This document shows, piece after piece, positions 1 to 9,750 of a DNA stretch of 54,717 nt. Where the stretch lies: contig JWZX01002799.1 in assembly GCA_001275005.1 (NCBI GenBank), positions 1 to 54,717 of the forward strand, in the 5' to 3' direction. Source of the stretch: Chrysochromulina tobinii. Taxonomy: Eukaryota. The translations under genes and the position numbers were made by a program. Under the pieces are notes generated by a model. It saw nothing but the letters and a program-made list of their open reading frames with translations, did not search any database and was not told the DNA's origin. Positions within the stretch are counted from its first letter, which is position 1; every line of letters starts with the position of its first letter.

Positions 1-1498
1 GGTCGTTGCCCCGTTGGGACGTGATCTTCGTGCTGTGGATGTGGACTGCGTCGTGGTCTCTTTCGGTGCGTCCTGTCGTGTGCGGGAAGAAGTCATAGCA
101 CGGTGAGTGATCGAAGGTCTCGTTGTTGCTGTCGGGCGCGTAGATCCTGTCGATGCGCGTGTGCGTTGTTCCGCTGGCGTGACGATGGTGAGAGGTGAAG
201 AAGGGTCGTGTTCCGTCCGTGCCTAGATGTTCTCGTGCGACGTCGACGAGCCCGTTGTCGTCGACGATGTCGTCGAGTGCGTGGTGGCCGTCGTTTTCGT
301 AGGGCGATGTGCAGGTGGAGGGGCGGGACGTGTCAAGAGAGGTGTCCGGGACGCAGTTGGCATCGAGCCCTAGTATGGTTCGGGGGGTGATTAGTGCGGA
401 GAGTTTATTGAAAAAGGTGGTTCGTTTTGGTTTAGCTGCTTGCATCCAGTATTGGTTCCCTATTTTAGCGTATGATGACCAGTATAATTGACCGAGTTGC
501 ATGCCTTGGATTTCGCTTCGTGTGAAGACGGTTTTGCCCGAGGTGATCGCTGAGATTAGGGGGGCGGCCGTGTCGGGGTTGACCTCGCGTCTGTTGTCAG
601 TCTCGTCTTCGGTCCCTCGTACCCAGATGGTGCCTATGTCGTCGTTGTTCGGTTTAGAGGGTGCATATGCGCAGACGATCTTGCGGTGGGCGCCTTCTAC
701 TGTCATGTTGGCTGATACTGCGCCTCCCTCGAGTTCCTTCGGTGCACCACGTGTCTTACGGATGCGCGCGATGGCTTGGGACTGGTCTTCGCCTTTGTTG
801 AGCTCGATTGCGGACCACGGGATGACGATCGCGGTTCCGCCCCAGGCGACTTGTTGGCCAGGTTTCTGAGGGGCGTACGCGATGATAAGGAGGAGCTGCA
901 TAGCACGGGCGACGGTCTGGTGTGTTTGCGCTGCGGACTCGTGGAGGTTGTGCTCTTGAATGAAGACGGCTGTTATAGGTTCCCGTTGATTCTCGGTACT
1001 GATGGTTTTGAGGCAGTCTCGTAGCCTTGTGCCTCCCTGGAGGCCGTTGACGTTTTTGGTGATGTAGCGTGGGCCGGGGTTGGGCTCGATGCCTTCCTCG
1101 GTGAGGTCTCTAATCCATGTAAGTGACGGGTGCTTGATGAGCCCGGAGAGGAGTGTAGTGAGCTCTTTGGCTTGGTTTCGTTTTTGTTTGAGTTTATAAG
1201 CGTATGTCCTGGTGATATGACCTATGACGCGTGGGTATCTATAAGTGTGTCGGGTACCGCGTGCTTTATCTCTTTGCGTATCTGCTCTCTGACATGGGTG
1301 AGGTGGTGGGATGGTGGTGGCGGCTTTGGTTGGGCTCGTGCGGGGCGCGTTGTATGGTGTTGCATCGGCGAGGGCACTTCGGCTGTCCATTGGCTCGGGA
1401 GCGGACTCGTGGCGGAATGGCGCCGGAGCGCTGGGGTCTTGCGTTGAGGCGAGGTGGCTTCCTTGTGCGATTGCGGCATGGTTTGATGTTGACGTCAT
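1..1498 (-). CDS. LINE ORF2 N-terminal part: 142-aa leader, 2A peptide, APE endonuclease (partial, runs off window)
   Basis: Manual translation (absent from the ORF track because there is no stop in the window) shows ordered APE motifs: YITKNVNGL, AVFIQEH, GGTAIVI, KIVCAYAP, TILGLDANC, GLVDV, TRIDRIY, RDHDAV. No stops from 1498 to 1. An in-frame TAA lies upstream at 1559-1561. Confidence 0.9.
   Translation of the reverse strand, partial: MTSTSNHAAIAQGSHLASTQDPSAPAPFRHESAPEPMDSRSALADATPYNAPRTSPTKAATTIPPPHPCQRADTQRDKARGTRHTYRYPRVIGHITRTYAYKLKQKRNQAKELTTLLSGLIKHPSLTWIRDLTEEGIEPNPGPRYITKNVNGLQGGTRLRDCLKTISTENQREPITAVFIQEHNLHESAAQTHQTVARAMQLLLIIAYAPQKPGQQVAWGGTAIVIPWSAIELNKGEDQSQAIARIRKTRGAPKELEGGAVSANMTVEGAHRKIVCAYAPSKPNNDDIGTIWVRGTEDETDNRREVNPDTAAPLISAITSGKTVFTRSEIQGMQLGQLYWSSYAKIGNQYWMQAAKPKRTTFFNKLSALITPRTILGLDANCVPDTSLDTSRPSTCTSPYENDGHHALDDIVDDNGLVDVAREHLGTDGTRPFFTSHHRHASGTTHTRIDRIYAPDSNNETFDHSPCYDFFPHTTGRTERDHDAVHIHSTKITSQRGND
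1070..1117 (-). other. 2A-like ribosomal StopGo (peptide-bond skipping) motif WIRDLTEEGIEPNPG|P
   Basis: Reverse complement reads TGG ATT AGA GAC CTC ACC GAG GAA GGC ATC GAG CCC AAC CCC GGC CCA, in frame and immediately before the first APE strand. Matches the DLTxEG(I/V)ExNPGP type of 2A. Confidence 0.85.
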
Positions 1499-1692
1499 GC
1501 TGACGTAATCTAAAAGAAGAAATTCCGTAAATGGGTCGTCAGTTTCGTCGTTGGAGGATTATTTTTTGGGGCTGTGGCTTCGGTTGTAGTGGTATGGTAT
1601 GTCTTGCTGTACGACACTCTTCTTACAGCAGATTACCTCGGTACTTGGGTGTGGAGGGCAGTACTGGCCTCTCCTGTGGCGCTCGCTGTGGC

Positions 1693-2475
1693 TCACGGCT
1701 TCTTGAGCTTCTTCTGTGCCGCCTCGATGAAGTTGGTGGTCGCGCGCTTCTTCGCTGCCGCGTTCATCTTCGGGCCTTCTGTCGCTCTCTTCTCTCTCGT
1801 CTGGGCACATGGCGCGCAGTGAGTGTATCTTGCAGCCCCGAACGAGGCCGTCTGTTCTTCCGTCGGCCAGCGAACCCAGATGTAGCAGTCGGAGCAGAGG
1901 CACGCGAGGCCCATGAAAGCCCGCGAGAACTTGATGACGAATGGGACCTTCTCGATGGTCAGGTGCTTGATCTTCGTGAACTCGTTGAGCGTGCGAGTTC
2001 TGTTCATTATCACGTGGGACAGGTCGAGCAAGTCGAAGCCAATGTGGTAGGAGGCCAGGGCCGTCTGAACCTCGGTGTCCTTCGAGAGGCGGGGCTTGAT
2101 GTATATGGCCTCGATTCCGAGGTGGGCGAGGGCGAGGGTGACGGCCTTGAGCATCACCTTGGCCGGCGGTGACTCCGCCGAGTTGTGGTCGCGCTCCAGG
2201 AAGAGGAAGTGCTCCGTGTTCGCGTGCGCCGTCGTCCCGGTGTCGTCCGTGTTGAGGTTGTACACCACTTTGGTGTCGTTGAGGGTGGGGTACTCGCCGT
2301 TCGGGGTCTCCATGAGGATGCGGACGATCTCGTGGGGGAGGATGAGCTGGAGGTGCTGGTGGTACTCCGAGATGGTCACCTCCGTCAGCTTTGAGAAGTC
2401 TTCGGGGTTGCCTTTGACCTTGAGGGTGTGGTGTAGTTTTTTCCCAAAAGTGGTGTAGTTTTTTCCCATACGCAT
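1693..2475 (-). CDS. LINE ORF1 (nucleic-acid-binding protein; 5' end possibly truncated or rearranged)
   Basis: 260-aa ORF with strongly C/G-ending codons, a Cys/His cluster (CLCSDC...HCAPC) and a basic C-terminus, upstream of ORF2. The first codons derive from a duplicated gtggtgtagttttttccca motif (about 2428-2468) at the satellite junction. Confidence 0.65.
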   Translation of the reverse strand: MRMGKNYTTFGKKLHHTLKVKGNPEDFSKLTEVTISEYHQHLQLILPHEIVRILMETPNGEYPTLNDTKVVYNLNTDDTGTTAHANTEHFLFLERDHNSAESPPAKVMLKAVTLALAHLGIEAIYIKPRLSKDTEVQTALASYHIGFDLLDLSHVIMNRTRTLNEFTKIKHLTIEKVPFVIKFSRAFMGLACLCSDCYIWVRWPTEEQTASFGAARYTHCAPCAQTREKRATEGPKMNAAAKKRATTNFIEAAQKKLKKP

Positions 2476-3145
2476 TCATGTGCATTCGTATGCATGCGTC
2501 TGCATTCATATGCATTTCATTGTTTTTTCTATGCATTCAGACGTGCTGCATTCTACAAATCGGTTGCATTCGAACGCATTTTACAACCACTTTGAGCTGC
2601 TGCATTCTTCCGATGCGAGACGGTTGCATTCTGATGCATTTTCATACCTGCTGCATTCTGGACAAGTTGCATTTTGATGAATTTTGATGCATCCAAAAGG
2701 TCCGCTTCATGTTGATGCATTCGCCACGTGACGCATACATGGCGTGACGCATTTTAATGCATTCTGATGCAGTTGTAATAGCTGCATCTTACTGCATTCA
2801 GAATCCGGTGCATTCATATGTATTATTGTGCATTCGCAGTGCGTTGCATTCTACACGAGTTGCATTCAAATGCATTTGTATGCCTCCCCACATAAGCTGC
2901 ATTCTGTCGACACGTTGCATTCTGACGCACTCGCATTCTTACGCATTCACGCGCATTCAAATGCATTCATTCATGTTAATACACACAACACGTAAGCAAC
3001 AGAGCCGTGAAGGGCATGCATTCACACACGCATTCGTTTGCATTCACACGTGTATGCATTCGTGTGCATTCAGATGTATTTTTCGCATTCGTATGCATAT
3101 GTATGCATTCGTATGCATTCTTGTGCATTCTGACGCATATGACGC
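2470..3145. repeat. Degenerate (T)GCATT(C) microsatellite-like array
   Basis: Dozens of tgcatt/gcattc units in an AT-richer block abutting LINE ORF1. Confidence 0.85.
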
Positions 3146-3945
3146 GAGTATTTTTCCTTGGAAGTGTGGTAAGATAGATATAAGATTACAGTCGGCCGTC
3201 TGCACCATTCACGCCTCATAGCTTGGCACTCAGACAACTATCTTTGCCCAAGACCCGTGGCTCTCACTGAGCCAACGACAGACGTCGCAACTCGCGACCC
3301 GCCTTCTCCCCGGGGTAACTCATTCCCAACGAGCGAACCTTCCGGGGACTTTTCTGGCACGCATGCCTGAACGCATGCCGGATCTCTCGGACGTTCAGCT
3401 CAGTTCAGTTCAGTTCCGGACGCACGCATGGGTCCCCCCTTCTGTCTCAAATGACGTTTCGCTCGCCTCTGTACATAGTCTGCGCGTCATTCTCCCCTGG
3501 TCACCCACAGAAACTCTCCCCCGAGTTTCTGCAGTGCCCACGGCCCTTGCTCGCGCTGTCCCAAGCGCGCGTTGCTGGCCTGCAGCCTTCCTTGCAGCCT
3601 CGCTCTAATCGAAGCCCTCCCTGCGACCGTGGCCCGTAGCCGCGTCAACGGTCCTACCAACGTTGCTCACTTGGGGCGCATGGCGCTTGGCGGCGGTCAG
3701 AGTGGATGACGAAGCACGTACCAATCTCAAAACACTCTCCAACACCACAGACTATTCCCTAACCCACACAGGAATATCTTGGGATATCTCCGCCGGCCAT
3801 TTGCATGAGTGCACACACACACACACAGGATCACAGGTTGTACAAGACCGACCCACATAGGGGATAGTACAGCTTCCCACATCGACTTCCCACAACAGAC
3901 CCGAGACTAGTGAGACACCAATGGGTTTTCTCACTTTCTCTGAAT

Positions 3946-5079
3946 TCATAGCGCCAAGTGCGTGCGAAACCACTGACGCACGCTAGGGTCGCGGAATGCG
4001 TCGTCCGGATCTTGCATGGTCTCGACAAATGAATGCCACGTAAAAGAGAGGGCGCCGATAGCCTTTGGTGGGTGTCCTTTCTCTCCGCACATTAGCTTGC
4101 CCGTCACAGCATCAACCTGAAGGAGCTTGTAGTGCGTGGCGACACCATTCCTGTAAGAAAACGTGCGGTTAATGTACGGCGCCATGGAATTGTGCATCCA
4201 GTCGAACCTCCAACAAATGGGGAGTGAATCGCGCAGGTTGTTAAAGTACGCAGTCCTGTTTCCGACAAACTGGCGGGACCAGCGTAAAACGGTCGACCAC
4301 ATGGTCTGTACATCGTACTTTGGAAGAGCACCCTTCCGTGCCATCTTGTGGACAAACTCATACATTCGTGCAGCGGTGCCATTGTCCACCATCCACAAGT
4401 CTCCATAGCATTGCTCTTCTAGAGGACCTTGACTGATCAACGATTGATAGTACCTGCCGCTCACTTCATTTCTATTCGTGGCATATCCGCCGCAGACAGC
4501 AAAGGTGCCGAATTCATGAAAGGGAATCGAGAGATCATGCATAATCAGGGTATCCAGATCGATCCAGATTGCTTTTTCGCCACGGTTTAGGAAGTGCTGC
4601 GCCACGTCAAGCCTTGCCCAGCATAGAGCGATCCATGAGGTATATGGGTCACCCAATGGATTACGCTTCAGCTCCGGAAGCGTTCGAGGGAAAAGGGAAG
4701 GGTGTACTCGCCTCATGTCCGTGCCGAGCGCAGCATAGGTCTTGCTGTCGGAAAATACATGCAACTCAAAGCATGTTTGACTCAGGGCGAGGCTCTTGGT
4801 GTTGATCACAAGAGCTTGCATCACGTCCTTCTGCACGAGTCGCTTCTGACCTGGAGCGCTGAACGAGCCAGAAGCCATCAAGGCAGGCCCGCTGGTGCGG
4901 GGCATTGTCCTCCACGTGGGATCGCGTCCATCGAGCTCGACAACAAACGTGAAAAAGCGCACGCAGTTTGTGGTTTGTATTTTGCCCCGGTCTAGTTCGG
5001 CCGGGGATATCTCGGCCAGGGACAGCGAGATGAGAAGCCACGCGGACAGAGGTCCATGATACCTGCTTGATACAGCCAT
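3946..5079 (-). CDS. Putative GT-A fold glycosyltransferase (nucleotide-diphospho-sugar transferase-like)
   Basis: Intronless ORF. Hydrophobic signal/anchor after Met at 5079 (MAVSSRYHGPLSAWLLISLSLA), WARLDVAQHFL followed by the DxD motif AIWIDLDT, and a later YDVQ motif. Confidence 0.6.
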   Translation of the reverse strand: MAVSSRYHGPLSAWLLISLSLAEISPAELDRGKIQTTNCVRFFTFVVELDGRDPTWRTMPRTSGPALMASGSFSAPGQKRLVQKDVMQALVINTKSLALSQTCFELHVFSDSKTYAALGTDMRRVHPSLFPRTLPELKRNPLGDPYTSWIALCWARLDVAQHFLNRGEKAIWIDLDTLIMHDLSIPFHEFGTFAVCGGYATNRNEVSGRYYQSLISQGPLEEQCYGDLWMVDNGTAARMYEFVHKMARKGALPKYDVQTMWSTVLRWSRQFVGNRTAYFNNLRDSLPICWRFDWMHNSMAPYINRTFSYRNGVATHYKLLQVDAVTGKLMCGEKGHPPKAIGALSFTWHSFVETMQDPDDAFRDPSVRQWFRTHLAL

Positions 5080-5808
5080 TGCGCTGAGCAGAGACGACCG
5101 CTGTGGCGCGCACGTTGAGCCCGGCCAGAAGCCGCGTACAACAGCTTTCTCTAATTTTTTTCTAAGTTTTTCACGTTTCTCCGGTTTATGCATGCAGTGG
5201 TCTTAGTTGCGTGAACAAGAACGCTTGTGTTCTTCACTTTCCGCGCCCAGAGCACCGTGTCTGCGGCGTAATGGCTTCCCCCCCCACGAATGCTACTCTC
5301 GTCCTCCGTTCTTTTGGCGCTTCAAGTACATGTTAATTGTTAATAGTAGCTCGTGTTCGCAACTTTTGATGCAACTTTCCACTAATTTCCCGATCCCAGG
5401 CGCCTTGGACTAAGGGCCGAGCTCTGAGTCCCCTGTTCTAGACAGTACGGGTCCGAGAGGGTGGGGCATGACAAACGTGGCGAGCGCTCGCGCTCGACAC
5501 ACAACAACAACCACGCGGGACACGGCGACGCGACGAGCCCGTCGTTTCGAGAACGTTTCGTCTTCGAGGACGTTTCGTCGAACCTTCGAGGCTGTTCATT
5601 CATGCATGCATGCAATGGTATGCGAGTATTGCCCGCCCGCCGGTGGCGCGGCGCACCTTGCTTGTCGAGCTGGTGTGCGTCTACCGCCGTGCAACTCCGC
5701 TTGCCCTGGAAGACAACTAATTAGCGCTTACTCGCTAGAAACCACCGGCGACACGAACATGGAGTTGAAGCCTCACGAACTTGGTGCTGACCCGACATCG
5801 CATTGCGC

Positions 5809-6880
5809 TTACTTCTCATGGTTTGTCGGCAGATTCAGGAGTGCGGCGAGATCAGCAGCCCTTGGTGCAGTCAAAGAGGTGCCATTGCTCAGATAATGCA
5901 GAAATCTGCCATTTTTCATCAGTTTGTCCACAACTTGTGGTACATCAGGGTACGAGGGCAGCTGCGCCGTGCCCCACCTGGTTATGCTGAAAAAAGATTG
6001 AGCATTGGGACCTGGGTTTTTGTCTCGCCCTAGATGGTCATGGCACCTTGCCATTCGCCACCTGACATGTTCTTCATCAAGTAGGTTGTTGGATGCAATG
6101 GTCTCACTGTTGCTTCGCAGCTTGAAGATGTGACCTTCAATGCCCCCACTCAAGCTTGACATGTGCCAAGAAGCGTTTGCAAACCGTTGCCATGCAAGGC
6201 GCGGCTTGCCACAGCTGCTGCGATAGCCGCTTGCCACACAGTAAGGCCGCTGACTCAGGCGAACAGCGTTCGAGCCTATCTCTCGAGCCTATCTCATCCG
6301 CGTCTGAAATGAAGATGACATCGTCATCATGGCCACCAAGCTCGTCAAACGCCTGAAGGAGTGCATTACGAGCGAAGCTCTCGCGGCACCATGCAGTCTT
6401 GGCACGACCCATGCAGGATGATTCCAATCCTGTGGGCTCAATCGGATAAAAGATGACGTTTGGATGCATACTAAGCAGGCGTGCTGGAAAAGGTGGACGA
6501 CTTCTGACGGGTTCGCCGGTTGCAAAGTTAAACGTTGGCTGCGCAAAGATGATTTTGTCAACGCAGTCTCCGATTTCCTTGGCGCGTATCGCTGCCAAAT
6601 CGTACTCGTGGTTCATCAAGACCAAGTCGAATATTCTGTGATGTGTGCGTGGGCTGGGGGGGCTGGGGGCTGGGGAGGATGTTGCTTTGCTGATCGCCGC
6701 TGACATCCACTGCGAAGGCGCCCGAGGTGCGCTGGGAGTCCAGCATGTCCACTCTTCGTTCGTCGGCACGGTCGCACTGGACCAGCAGGGTCGCCTTTGA
6801 AGGCCGGGCGCCACCACAGTGCCATCCAAGTGAGTAAGAGATGGCCAGAAGAGGACTGCCGTTGCAGCACGTACTTGCAT
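5809..6880 (-). pseudogene. GT17 (MGAT3-like beta-1,4-GlcNAc transferase) domain, split by a frameshift
   Basis: RIFDLVLMNHEYDLAAIRAKEIGDCVDKII and DDDVIFISDADEI lie in ORF 6137-6880. ASWHMSS...IFKLRSNSE and DVPQVV lie in ORF 5809-6237. A 13-bp tandem duplication at 6270-6295 separates the two frames. Confidence 0.7.
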
Positions 6881-7973
6881 TCATGAATGATGCAAACATG
6901 ACGCCCGGCCGTGGAGTCGCCGCAGGACATCTCTCGAGTGCCTTCTCCTCATCAAAGACCATGGCTGCGCTCGGAAGCTTGACGAGGGCAATTTCCGCTC
7001 TTGCGCTGGAGAGGTCCCGAGAACAGTAGCCTTGCAATGCACCAGCATCAGGTGCGGTAGGTGGTGCACAGTTGCCGGTATCCTTGCTCCTGACCCCTGT
7101 CGTTTGCGAGCAACGGTGATAAAAGAGTGGATCACGACGGAATGGGGGCGTAGATTTCTTTAGCTTTGGTATGTCTTCGGCACGCCACGTATGAGAAGTG
7201 GGGAGCACGCGCACACGAGCTCCATATGCACGATTGTGAAGATGGACGCCATCAGCCATAGCGCCCTGCTCCCAGGACCAGCGGCTCTTATCAGGCCAAT
7301 TCGCATCCCACCAGTTCCGCAGGATCCCGCAGCTGTCTGACTTGCTGCGAGCGAAAAAGATGCCCGTGCATAGACCGGCATTGACGTGAGGGGCGTTCGA
7401 CGTGAAGAGGAGCGACCAATCATCATCAATTAGAGCCTCGTCGCCGAGCAATCGGCCGTGCTCAAGATACTCATCGAGGCTCATCGAGTAATTGACAATT
7501 TGGACGTCGGAATCAAGGAAGACGACTCTGTTGCATCTACGTCCGTTGATGCCATTTTGAATCACATGCGCTACCGCGGGTATTTTGCACCAGTAAGGCG
7601 ACAGGTAGCCGCGTACGGAATGGGAGCATCCCTTCCCATGGTGTCCACCTGTATGCTCAACGTACGCAAAGCCGTAGCCGTGGCAACGTGCGTACCGTTC
7701 ATTGCGATCAGCAGCTGCTTGCCAGTAGCTCGAGGTGCCTTTTCTGTCGTCGGCGCGCGGCCGGTCTTCCGACTCGACGATGCACCATGGTAGCTCAGAA
7801 GGCACACGCTTTGCCGTCCCTATTGGAACAAAAGGGAAACCAAGCGCCGTAGCGTTCGACGGGTTGAATGAGAGAGCAATTGGCGCGGACGCGTTGATCG
7901 AGGCCATTGTCGGGAAGCGCGGCGGCCCTCCATTCGCAGGCTGGAGAAGCAACACGAAATATAATGAACGCAT
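6558..7973 (-). CDS. GT34 (GMA12/MNN10-like galactosyl/mannosyltransferase) family protein
   Basis: Signal-like N-terminus MRSLYFVLLL; motifs YARCHGYGF, SPYWCKIPAV, VVFLDSD, CTGIFFARS and WEQGAM. Confidence 0.8.
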   Translation of the reverse strand: MRSLYFVLLLQPANGGPPRFPTMASINASAPIALSFNPSNATALGFPFVPIGTAKRVPSELPWCIVESEDRPRADDRKGTSSYWQAAADRNERYARCHGYGFAYVEHTGGHHGKGCSHSVRGYLSPYWCKIPAVAHVIQNGINGRRCNRVVFLDSDVQIVNYSMSLDEYLEHGRLLGDEALIDDDWSLLFTSNAPHVNAGLCTGIFFARSKSDSCGILRNWWDANWPDKSRWSWEQGAMADGVHLHNRAYGARVRVLPTSHTWRAEDIPKLKKSTPPFRRDPLFYHRCSQTTGVRSKDTGNCAPPTAPDAGALQGYCSRDLSSARAEIALVKLPSAAMVFDEEKALERCPAATPRPGVMFASFMNASTCCNGSPLLAISYSLGWHCGGARPSKATLLVQCDRADERRVDMLDSQRTSGAFAVDVSGDQQSNILPSPQPPQPTHTSQNIRLGLDEPRVRFGSDTRQGNRRLR

Positions 7974-8235
7974 TTTTCTGTCGGTTTCTTGAGACTCGTC
8001 CACGACATGTGCATGCATTGTACAAGAACAACAATCAACGTCAGATGTGCGGGGGATAGCGCCAGGAACAGACTGTTACCATCACACATGACAAAAGGAA
8101 AAAGCGAGTCCCAACAGTGTCCCAACTTGTGCAATGACTCGTTGCCGATTTCGTCTAATAATATGGATGTTCGTGAAAGCGCCCGCGATCAATTGTCTCG
8201 TTTCAGGGAGTTCGCCCCTCACGTGACCGAAATAT

Positions 8236-9561
8236 ATGATACTGCAAATGCTACTGCTCGCAGTGGAATGGCCGTGGGCAGCCGTCCCATCAGCACCACG
8301 CGTGCCGAAAGGCGGATGTGCGAAGAACCCCCAAACCTTGGTGCCGTCTTTTGTGCCTGCTTCATATCGAGAGGCAGAACAGTGTTGGTTAGCAGCAGCA
8401 GAAGAAGCTGCAGCCGCCACCCCGCTCCGTTCACTGCAGGCAAAGGCTGCTCTAAGGATGGCGGGCGCCGCACGCAGCTGTTCCTTCGGCCAAAACAATG
8501 AATCTCTTCTGTACGACTGGAACAGTCTCTTCGACAAGACGTACGTCATAAATCTGCAGCGCCGCGAGGACCGAAAGCGGCACATGCACCACACACTCAA
8601 TGCGAGCCATGCCACTTACACAGAAGTGATCTTCCACCCAGCAATCGACAAATCTGCATTCAATGCGAGCCTTCCGTCGAGGTGGGTATACCCGGCTCGT
8701 CCCAGCAGCTTTCACCGCAGCCATAAAAAGCGGATTGCCACAAAGGTGCTTGTGGAGGTGAGAGACTGGCGCACCGATGAAAATCTATGGCCGCCCGATT
8801 GGACAGAAATGAATGAGTTCTATCGTCGACTCAAATGGGGAAAGGGCCCTACTGATGCCGAATGTCGTTTTGCAGACTATCTCTTTCCCTCTGCAAACTC
8901 GACTGCAAGCTGCAATCTGCTCGTGTTTCACAAGTGGGAAGGAATTGCTGCTTGCTACAGCTCCCATGCTCAGGTGCTGATTGCCGCGCAAGCTGCTGAC
9001 CATGATGTATTCCTCGTTCTTGAGGATGATATCATCCTCGCAGACCACTTCCACGAGCGCCTGTTTGCCGCGCTGGCTTCCTTACCACCAGACTGGGAGT
9101 TTCTCAGCATTGGTTGGTCTAAAAACCATCCCCCTTGCGTTGAAGAGCCTCTGAAAGCGTGCGGCGGTTTCAAGCCGATCTGCCGTGGCCGGGGGAATAT
9201 GCAGAACTTGGCAGGTTACATGGTTCACCGTCGCGCACTCACATGGCTCATACCATTGATGAGTGGGCCACTGCGAGAAGAAGGGGATTCTCAGCAGGGT
9301 GGGCTGTCGAAGATGCAGCCAGCCGACCTCTCAGTCCAGGGCTATTTGCGGGCTCATCCCAAGATCAAAGCCTATGCAACGACGCCTACGCCTCTCGTTA
9401 CTCAGATAGACGGGGGAGAGGTCCGCAAAACAGGCTCAGGGAGAAGCGACATAGGCTCAGCGAGGCAACTTGGCCTCAAGTGTATTATGCCCACTGCATC
9501 TGATGTGCGCAAGCAGTGCGCAAATCGGGGTGGAGCATTAAGCGGAGCATCGAGAGAATAA
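8236..9561 (+). CDS. GT25 family glycosyltransferase with signal peptide
   Basis: TYVINLQRREDR, AIDK, GIAACYSSHAQV, FLVLEDD, LPPDWEFLSIG, AGYMV, PADL; hydrophobic N-terminus. Confidence 0.85.
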   Translation: MILQMLLLAVEWPWAAVPSAPRVPKGGCAKNPQTLVPSFVPASYREAEQCWLAAAEEAAAATPLRSLQAKAALRMAGAARSCSFGQNNESLLYDWNSLFDKTYVINLQRREDRKRHMHHTLNASHATYTEVIFHPAIDKSAFNASLPSRWVYPARPSSFHRSHKKRIATKVLVEVRDWRTDENLWPPDWTEMNEFYRRLKWGKGPTDAECRFADYLFPSANSTASCNLLVFHKWEGIAACYSSHAQVLIAAQAADHDVFLVLEDDIILADHFHERLFAALASLPPDWEFLSIGWSKNHPPCVEEPLKACGGFKPICRGRGNMQNLAGYMVHRRALTWLIPLMSGPLREEGDSQQGGLSKMQPADLSVQGYLRAHPKIKAYATTPTPLVTQIDGGEVRKTGSGRSDIGSARQLGLKCIMPTASDVRKQCANRGGALSGASRE

Positions 9562-9750
9562 GAAGAGAACTGCGCCCCAAATGATGTCGACTGCATCGTG
9601 GACGAGTGCCGCAAACGAAAGACGACGGAATTCCTAGTCAAGTGGGAAAAGGGTGGAGCGCGCGCGGATGACAACATGTGGGAGCCTCTGGAGCATGTGC
9701 AAGAACATCTTGAGGCGTTTGCGTCCTCGTGGCGGGCTCGCTCAGCATGA
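9562..9750 (+). other. Chromodomain-coding segment in frame immediately after the GT25 stop codon
   Basis: Translates to EENCAPNDVDCIVDECRKRKTTEFLVKWEKGGARADDNMWEPLEHVQEHLEAF...*, matching the chromodomain consensus (V..I...R......E(Y/F)LVKW....D.TWEP..(N/H)). Confidence 0.7.

Larger units (their letters stand above)
1..2475 (-). mobile_element. APE-type non-LTR retrotransposon (L1/Tx1-like two-ORF LINE), 5' portion; RT region lies beyond the left edge
   Basis: Minus-strand ORF1 (1693-2475) followed by ORF2 (ATG 1498, open to position 1) encoding an apurinic endonuclease domain. No introns, and the coding strand is A/C-rich. Confidence 0.9.

Noticed and set aside
1559..2536. 325-aa minus ORF in frame with ORF2 (possible readthrough polyprotein)
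   Set aside because: The composition (P/R/H/G-rich) is that of an off-frame read. Codon bias supports the 1693-2475 frame.
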